This document shows positions 52,209-64,000 of a stretch of DNA of 64,000 nucleotides, piece by piece. Made by a program: the position numbers and the translations under genes. The notes under the pieces are model-generated. The model searched no databases, was not told where the DNA came from, and worked only from the letters and a program-made list of their open reading frames with translations. Origin of the DNA: Tubiluchus corallicola (Eukaryota > Animalia > Priapulida); the NCBI GenBank assembly GCA_030141605.1, contig JAQGDQ010000515.1:62001-126000 (forward strand), read 5' to 3'. How positions within the stretch are numbered: the first letter of the stretch is position 1; every line of letters begins with the position of its first letter.

Positions 52209-53693
52209 ATGGCGGGTGGTGGGTATATAAAGATTCACTGGCAGAGGGTGGGTTTGATTTTAATGTATGCAATGTTCTTTGTTGTTTTTGTAATGCTCCG
52301 AATTTCTGATGAACAAAATCTCGTAAACGAAGAAGAGGAGAACGAGTCAAACCAAACGTCTTCAAGACCGATGCGTCAAGTTCCAAAACCGTCAGGTCAG
52401 AACTGTTCCTATCACGTTCCTGTTCCTAGTTATGTTGACATCAACGTAAGGAACCTGCTCTGGCAGCAGGTTAACGACATGGACATCTACCTGTACAGTG
52501 CCTACTACGACAGAAGACTCGAGCACTCTCATGGAGCCACCTATGTGCGAGTGTTGGGCATGAAAGACATTTGCAATCTACCTCGTATTTATTGTCAGCT
52601 GTGGTACAAGGACAAGAGGGAGCCTTTCGTGATCGAAGCTCGGCAACAGTGGATGTGGTTCAATTGTAAGCTGGCTCTTGTCCCAAACGAGTACCATGGC
52701 GTCATGTACACCTGTCCCCTGCCGCGCAAACAAAAGAGCATTCCTAGTCACGTGTCACTTACTCCACTACCCTGTCACGAAGCCACAACATTGTTGGCAG
52801 TGCGACACATAGTGCCAAAGAAAAAACAAGATTTTGCTGTATGCGTGAAAGGACTGAACTTTCTCTACGCTGATAACTCTTTCCGTTTTGTCGAATGGTT
52901 GGAGATGCAACTCCTCCTGGGCGCCAAAAAAGTTTTTCTGTACAAGTATGACGTCACATACAATTTGGCGAAGATTTTAACCTATTACATAGAGAAGGGT
53001 GTCGTCGACGTCACACCGCTAACACTGCCTGGTGTGCACCCTAATGACAAAGTACAAAGGTACGTATTCGTCAAAGAGAATGAATGGCAATCGTGGCTGA
53101 TGGAGGTGCTAGTCTACACGGACTGTCTCTATAGGAACTTGTACAGTTATAAGTACCTAGCTGTCGTTGATCTAGACGAATTCGTTATCCCAGTCAAGCA
53201 CAGGACGTGGGGAGAGATGATGCATCAGTTGTGGCAAACTGAACCCAAATTCGACCAGTTCGCTTCTTACAGTTTTCGCAACGCCTATTTTCTCGATCAG
53301 TTCTTCACGGAGCAAAACAAAAAATATCCAAAATTTGCCCACGCTCTGCAGCACGTGAATCGATCAAAGAAATTGTCTCCAAAAGGCGAAGACGTGAAGT
53401 CGTTCGTGAACACAGATGGCGCGTTGACCGTTCACAATCATTGGCCCTTACACCTGATGCCCGGGTACGAACCGGTGACATTTTGGGTAGACGCGGACGT
53501 GGCCAAGATGCACCACTATCGCGGTAAGTGCACGACAGTGAACGAGACGGCCTGTGATAGATCGTATACCGAGCAAATCGTCGAAGATTTAAGTATTTAC
53601 AGATACGGCAGGAATCTTGCTCGGAACATGATAAGGACGTTAACTGAAGTTGGCTATATATCACGTGATGAAAATGCGGGTGCCAAAGTATAA
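52209..53693 (+). CDS. Glycosyltransferase family 92 (DUF23 / GALT-1-like) type II membrane protein, 494 aa
   Basis: Uninterrupted ORF with an N-terminal TM helix and stem region. GT92-type motifs: LYSAYYD, FAVCVKGL, EWLEMQLLLGA-K-FLY, DCLYRN, DxD motif VVDLDE, KSFVN, VHNH, HHYR. Confidence 0.88.
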   Translation: MAGGGYIKIHWQRVGLILMYAMFFVVFVMLRISDEQNLVNEEEENESNQTSSRPMRQVPKPSGQNCSYHVPVPSYVDINVRNLLWQQVNDMDIYLYSAYYDRRLEHSHGATYVRVLGMKDICNLPRIYCQLWYKDKREPFVIEARQQWMWFNCKLALVPNEYHGVMYTCPLPRKQKSIPSHVSLTPLPCHEATTLLAVRHIVPKKKQDFAVCVKGLNFLYADNSFRFVEWLEMQLLLGAKKVFLYKYDVTYNLAKILTYYIEKGVVDVTPLTLPGVHPNDKVQRYVFVKENEWQSWLMEVLVYTDCLYRNLYSYKYLAVVDLDEFVIPVKHRTWGEMMHQLWQTEPKFDQFASYSFRNAYFLDQFFTEQNKKYPKFAHALQHVNRSKKLSPKGEDVKSFVNTDGALTVHNHWPLHLMPGYEPVTFWVDADVAKMHHYRGKCTTVNETACDRSYTEQIVEDLSIYRYGRNLARNMIRTLTEVGYISRDENAGAKV

Positions 53694-54494
53694 CGAACAT
53701 CGTATATGATAAAGTGTAAACTTGGCGTGTGTGCTTAAATAAGTTCTGTGACTGTAAATGAACTGCAACAGCATAATTTTTCACGGTTGTCTCTCCATGA
53801 GAAAGTTGCAGTTAGGAAGGGATTTCTGAAGCAGCACCCCCACTAATTTTATTTACGAGCCGCCACTAGGCACAATGATAGATTCAGATTTTAATCTGGA
53901 ATTTAAAGTCTTCATAGTTTAATAGTTTAAATCTCTTAATAGTTTCTTCTTTACCAACCGTCCTATAACATTCCATCAGTGTAACAAGCTTATATTTCCA
54001 TGTACGAAAATATAGACTCAATTATAGCGAGTTATGTGAGTCAACTGGCAATAGTTTTTATATACTGTTAGCCGTGGCCATCTCGTCACGCTGTCTATAA
54101 CCGTAGTCGTTACACAATTCAGCTACCTCACCCGGGAATATTATAACTATAATTCATGCCATTTGGAAGCCAATAATTATTGTGATGACAACCTGAGAGT
54201 GGGGGTGAGACATCTCTACCAGAAAGCAAATTCGAATCGAATCGAACTCGTGACTTTCAAATTCGAATCCAATTCGAATTGAATTTGAAAGATTTTCGAA
54301 CGAGTTCTCGAATCACCAGCAAAAAGTGGTCTTACCAAGATCGTGCATATTAGTCAATTTTTTTGCGGTAAAATCACTAATAATTTATCCAAAAATTGTG
54401 CACAGAAATCACAGCTAAACTGTGCTAATTGCTTGGTGTTTCAAACGTTTTAATGACAAGGAACGTGTGAGGTTGACATGCCGAATTATTCGAA

Positions 54495-54755
54495 TCTATA
54501 ATTTTAGGTACGAATCGAATTCGATGCTCGATATTCATCACTAACCGTCAGCCATAGAATCTGTCATTTTAGGTTCGAGTCGAATTCAATGCTCGATATT
54601 CATCACTACCCGACAGCCATAGAATCTATCATTTTAGGTTCGAATCGAATTCGATGATCGATGTTCATCACTATCCGACAAACATAGAATCTATCATTTT
54701 AGGTTCGAATAGAATTCGATGCTCGATGTTCATCACTACCTGACCTCCATAGAAC
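54495..54755. repeat. About 64-bp tandem repeat (about 4 copies) in a gaatcgaat-rich element
   Basis: Unit attttaggttcgaatcgaattcgatgctcgatattcatcacta...catagaatct. Confidence 0.8.
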
Positions 54756-55069
54756 CTCTTGTCGTAATATAAAATAATATAAAACTTGCAAATGTAGCGA
54801 CGTTATTAATTTGATCATCTAGACACTAGATTCATAGTTGTTTATTTTGACTTATAAACGTGTAACTCAGTGCATTTGTAATGTGAATGTTATGAATGTA
54901 CCTGTTGTCACAAAAATGCTCTAAAATCATTTTTCGAAACGTTTCTCCTCAAAATCGTTAACCGGTTTCAGCTGTTAAAGGTTTGGTAGCAAAAATCGTA
55001 AACGGTCTAGTACAAAATTGTAATTCACAAGATTCTATTGAAATGCAGGGAAAACAATGCAATGTTTAA

Positions 55070-55672
55070 AGGATGACAGGATAATTTTTCATATACTACC
55101 CCATTTTCAAGTCCAATGAAAAGTATACATTTTATCGCAGAAATATTTCTGATTATTAAATAATAGATTAAAAACTTAATTTAACGACGGGCGAACCCAA
55201 CTTTTGATAACATTACAAACTAACATAATTTTTAACAGAAAAATATTCCACAAGGGTGTTGCACGTGTTTGTGAAAGTGAAAATTGAAGTGCAGTGCTAC
55301 TGTAAGATATTCAGTGTGTTGTATTAAACTAGGCAAGTTTTAAGATAAAAATTCAAATTTCAAATTTACCGCTCTGCTCACGCATGAGTTGTCGAACGTG
55401 TGCAGTACTTCACAGACTAACACACCTGAAATGAGAGGTACAGCACTTGTTTTTGTGCAATGCGTTTCTGAAATGCAGGCGTTAGTACCCGTCTAACTAG
55501 GGAATGGCGAAATTGTAACAGCGAAAAACTAGCGGCGCGAGCGTGAAATTGTGTTTGCGTGGTAATAATTCTTTTACGTAAGTCATTTTTGAAAAGAATA
55601 GTATGTTTCCTTTGAATATTTTGAAGAGTAGATTGTTTTGACCTTCAGTTTAAGACCGGGTCCGGTTTTGCT
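55070..55672 (-). mobile_element. MITE family A full-length copy, reverse orientation
   Basis: ttaa|aggatgacaggat ... gggtccggttttgct|ttaa, the reverse complement of the 33039 copy. Confidence 0.8.
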
Positions 55673-56544
55673 TTAAAATCAAATCGCCCGTCCTAATATC
55701 AATATGAAACCGAATTTTTCGTGCCTCATCCCTATTTGCTAATAATGTACCTGGAAATAGACAGAGCATATTATTCAGAAATACTGATTATTCCTAATTT
55801 GTAAATTACGCACAAAGATTAGTTGTTTATGGAATAGAGTAAAAGCAGTTTTCATATTTTACAAAGAATGTGTAATACGAAAATTTGAAAAATAATATGG
55901 ACCTCTCGTTGGTTAAAATAAAAAGCGTTCTTGTGTTTTTAATTACCTCTATTGAATCAGGGAAGGGTCAATCAGGTAGGTGCAGAAACTGCACACTATG
56001 TAGTAAATTATTTACGATAATTGTAACATTCGTTCGCACCAACTTATATAATAAATAAATTTAATATTTTAAATTTAATTACAGACTGAAAATTAAAACG
56101 CAGCAGCTAGATTGGTGTTTTTGAGTTTTGGTAGAAAAATATTGGTACAGACTAGAAACTTTCTATCCGGTGAATGACAGCTAACAAGTCCATGTGATAT
56201 TATATGTTTCCTTTGCTCACCAATGCCCAGGTCTAGCGAATACTAAACGCTATTACACTCACATCTCGGATTGCCGGACAAATTCAGGGAGACGTCGGTT
56301 CAAATTTGCCGATATTCCTTGTTTTCGATGCTAAACTAATAAAGTAGGCGCTGTAAGTGTATTAGACTCACGATAATATTGAATCAATCGCCTAATTATT
56401 GTCTCAAAAACGTCTAATACGAGCCGCTCCTATGCAAAGGTATTGTAGCGTGGGCATTGTCCATAGATATGCTCTTTTAAGTAGGAAAAACGATTTTTGG
56501 TTCTTGCCAAGACAGTGGGAGACGGAGTTCAGTGTGTCCACAAA

Positions 56545-56825
56545 AGCGTTTCTGATAATTAAATAATAGATTTAAGATTTAATTAATGGCGGACAAGCCC
56601 AACTATTGATGACATCACAAACTAACATAATTTCCAGTTGCAAACATATTTCACCAGCGCATTGCAGCAAGGTGCTACTGTAAGATGTTCAGTGTGTTGT
56701 ACTAAAACTAAGCAAGTTTTAAGACAAAAATGTAAATTTTAACTCACTCATGAACTGACGAACGGGTGTAGTTCGTTACAAACTAAAACATCTGACTTGA
56801 GAGGCACAGCGCCTGTTTTTTGTGG
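56545..56825 (-). mobile_element. MITE family A fragment
   Basis: Contains the family core gcccaactattgatgacatcacaaactaacataatt. Confidence 0.65.
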
Positions 56826-58607
56826 AATATGTGAAAGGCCTTTGATTGTGTTCTGCTATGCTGTCTGGAAGAAATCCTTGCACCTGATGAAATATACATC
56901 ATAAGTATAATGTTAGAAAATTTATTAATTCAAGTCAGGTGAATTGCAAAAAGCTTAGGAAATAGTCTATTATTGCATTTATACATGAACACTGCAATAT
57001 TCCATTTAATTAAATCATCTAATTACATAATGCTACATTCACGGTAACGAAGTAACGAGGTAACGATGTTCTGTACTAGTGGAGCAGTGCTGTGTAGTGC
57101 TGTGTAGCCAGCAGGTTGGCATGTGAATGGAAGTTGCTTGCACAGTGTTAATATTAAGCAGACCTGGGCAAGTCTACCAGACAGACCATAGATACCTGTA
57201 GTGTATTATGCTCATAGATAAACTGAAATGCTCTGTCTAGATACTGCAAAATATAAAATTAAATAATTAACTCCGACTGCTTTTGAAGTAACTCTGGTCG
57301 TGCATTATGGCAATACACACGTACATGTGAACAAACACACTATGTCACTATAATTTGCTAAAATTGGCTTAATTGTACACATGGATCCACAATTATGAAT
57401 CATTGCTAGTCTTCAAGACTGACAAATGTGAGTGTGTGCTGCTATACGCCTAGACAAGTTTACGTTTATATATTTCCACTCTGCATCTTACAGTTATAAT
57501 AAAAATACAGATAGTTTTCCGCTGCACTAAATATAAATATAAATGCAATATAATCCAGAAATTAGAAAAGAGATTCTTATGCAACATATACATGTGCAAA
57601 TTACATTACTGAATAATTTTGATGCATACAGTTTGAGCCTAAAAGCGTAACTTGACAGGCCAAACTGTACGTGGAAAACTTAAAGAAATGATTAATAATT
57701 GAAATAATGATAATATATAGATAAATGTGGAAGGGGGTAGTGAATGAAAGATGAAATGGAGCGAGAACTAAGAAAAACCGTGATCATTTTTATAAAGTGT
57801 TCAGTAACCTGTTAAATATAGAAATATAGTCACGTTTTATTAAAATTACTGTGGAAAACAAATGCAGGCGAGAAGCATACGTAACACCACCACACACAAT
57901 AGAGTGTGCAAGACCAGCAAGAATAAGTGCTCTAACACACTCTTCAATGACAGTAAGAAACACTTCTACACTTCTGTGTAGGTGTTCGTCTCGTTGGGGA
58001 TTTACCTACATAGCTTATGAAGTTAATATATGCAGGGAGACACGTGACACCCTAAAGCAGCGTCACTGTACGTCACTGAACGCAATGCCTATGCCGCGGT
58101 AACACCGAATGACTCAGTAGCCTAAAATATCCGAGTCCACTAGCGCGTAGCTTATTTGTCCCGTGTAACTTTTAGTTTACGCATAGGTAGGTTGGGTACA
58201 GTACCTGGGTGGATCTTAATCGTGGTTAAGCTTTTGCCAAATACCATCTTCCTGCAACGGAAATTACTGAGTAAATTACATAGTGTAGTCTGCGTTGTTA
58301 AAAAGCTAATGTACTATTAAATTGACTTAATACTAAAGCATTGTGCTTGGTAAAACTAACAAAATATAACTACCTAGTTTACAACTAGATACGCCTGGTT
58401 TGTTTCTAAGAATCGCCCAAGCGCTAACCGGACCGTAGATTGCATAAAAACTAGCCAAGAAACAAACGGAATTGCATTGTGTACTTCGCCAATATTGCCA
58501 AATAGAGTAGTTTACCTTAAATTAGTACTAACTCATCGTGTACCTAATAGTTCAGACGTATACGATAATATTGTGAACAGTTTAGTTACACTGCCAATAC
58601 TTACAAC

Positions 58608-62537
<3,930 letters not shown>

Positions 62538-62712
62538 ATGTCCTTATAAACGTTGAAACAGGTTGTACTTATTATATCATAAATGCATGACTTACAATTT
62601 TAAATAATATTATGGCAATTTTTAATCTAGTTTTAGTCATTGCAAATATTTTAATTGTATGTATTTATGTCTTTATTATGCTGAAATAAGCAGTAAACAG
62701 TCTATCATTATG

Positions 62713-62715
62713 TAA

Positions 62716-62810
<95 letters not shown>

Positions 62811-62820
62811 TAGTAGTAGT

Positions 62821-62898
<78 letters not shown>

Positions 62899-62899
62899 A

Positions 62900-62953
<54 letters not shown>

Positions 62954-63000
62954 CAGCAGCAGCAGCAGTAATGATGATAATATTAATAATAATAATAATA
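62713..63000. repeat. (TAG)n microsatellite
   Basis: Seen directly. Confidence 0.95.
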
Positions 63001-63421
63001 GCCTTTTTCAAGTGGGCTTTAATTTCAACTGACATCACAGCATATGAAGTAAACATGCATAATATGCATTAATATGTATATATTATAAATGTATAGACGA
63101 TAAATGAACTTTCTTTGGAAAAAATGTTGATTCAGTTTTTCTTTCTTGTTATCCTTTTCCACTCATTCTTATTCCAAAAATGAACACACTCATTGATAGA
63201 CAGGTGAAAATCAATTAACTTACATGGTGAAGTTAGAAATAACGGCCTCTTCTGGCAGGTTGAGCGAGAAAGATTTGAGCTGAGATTTCCCGTCTTGACT
63301 TGTGCTTTTCAAGGTCAAGGTCATTGACGGCGTACCTGTGTCGAATGTCTGACTTTACGTGAAATGAGATCACGTTCGGTTCATTCAGCTGAAGGAAAAT
63401 AAACAGTTACGTCAAACTTAA

Positions 63422-63803
63422 AGAAAGACAGGATGATTGTTAATATTCTACCCCATTTTCAAGTCATATAAAAAGTACAAATCCTGACATAATTAATACT
63501 GCAAAACCGTTACAGATAATTAAATAATAGATTAAAAACTTAATTAACGGCTGGCGAGCCCAACTATTGGTGACATCACAAACTAACATAATTTTGAACA
63601 GCAAAGATATTCCCCGAGCGTGTTGCACGTGTCTGCAAAAGTGAAAATTGAAGTGGAGTGCTACTGTAAGATATTCAGTGTATTGTACAGAAACTAGGCA
63701 AGTTTTAAGATACAACATCAAATTGCAAATTTACCGTTGTACTCACGCATGAGCTGTCGAACATGTGCAGTTCGTCACAAACTAACACATCTGAACTCAG
63801 AGG
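63422..63803 (-). mobile_element. MITE family A partial copy
   Basis: Begins ttaa|agaaagacaggatgatt and continues with family internal sequence. Confidence 0.7.
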
Positions 63804-64000
63804 TCAAGCTTTGGCACGGTATGCAATGAATAAATTGAATGCAACCAAGTTGTGCCAACATTTGGTTTTACATGTCAAACGGTTTTGTGGCATAACTTTA
63901 ATAAAAAGGCTTGTGCGAAAAATTGTTTTCATCATGCGATGTCAGCACCATTTGTTGCAGGTTCAAGAAGGAGCTACAGAAATGGATAGCAGACGTTTTT

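Overview
AT-rich, intron-rich animal (invertebrate) nuclear DNA. I can assemble six protein genes from splice sites and family motifs: the 3' part of TMCO4 (+, 5' end outside the window), ERI1 (-), HAUS1 (+, divergent from ERI1), RPL17 (-, with a 5'TOP first exon), an intronless GT92/DUF23 glycosyltransferase (+) and a CD225/dispanin (PRRT1-like) gene (+). Introns and intergenic DNA are packed with non-autonomous DNA transposons (a TTAA-flanked Kolobok-like family in about 9 copies, plus Tigger/pogo-like and hAT-like MITEs), LINE 3' remnants, a probable solo LTR and many mini- and microsatellites. The most unusual observations are: (1) a TSD-flanked 5S-rRNA-headed SINE with a bipartite RTE-derived body inside an RPL17 intron; (2) a Penelope-type minimal hammerhead ribozyme apparently disabled by two CpG transitions; (3) a dispanin whose N-terminus is an array of Pol II CTD-like heptads; (4) an apparent +1 frameshift in the TMCO4 last exon; (5) an N-terminally short HAUS1 with a candidate 21-nt microexon. 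All family assignments come from remembered motifs; no database search was run.
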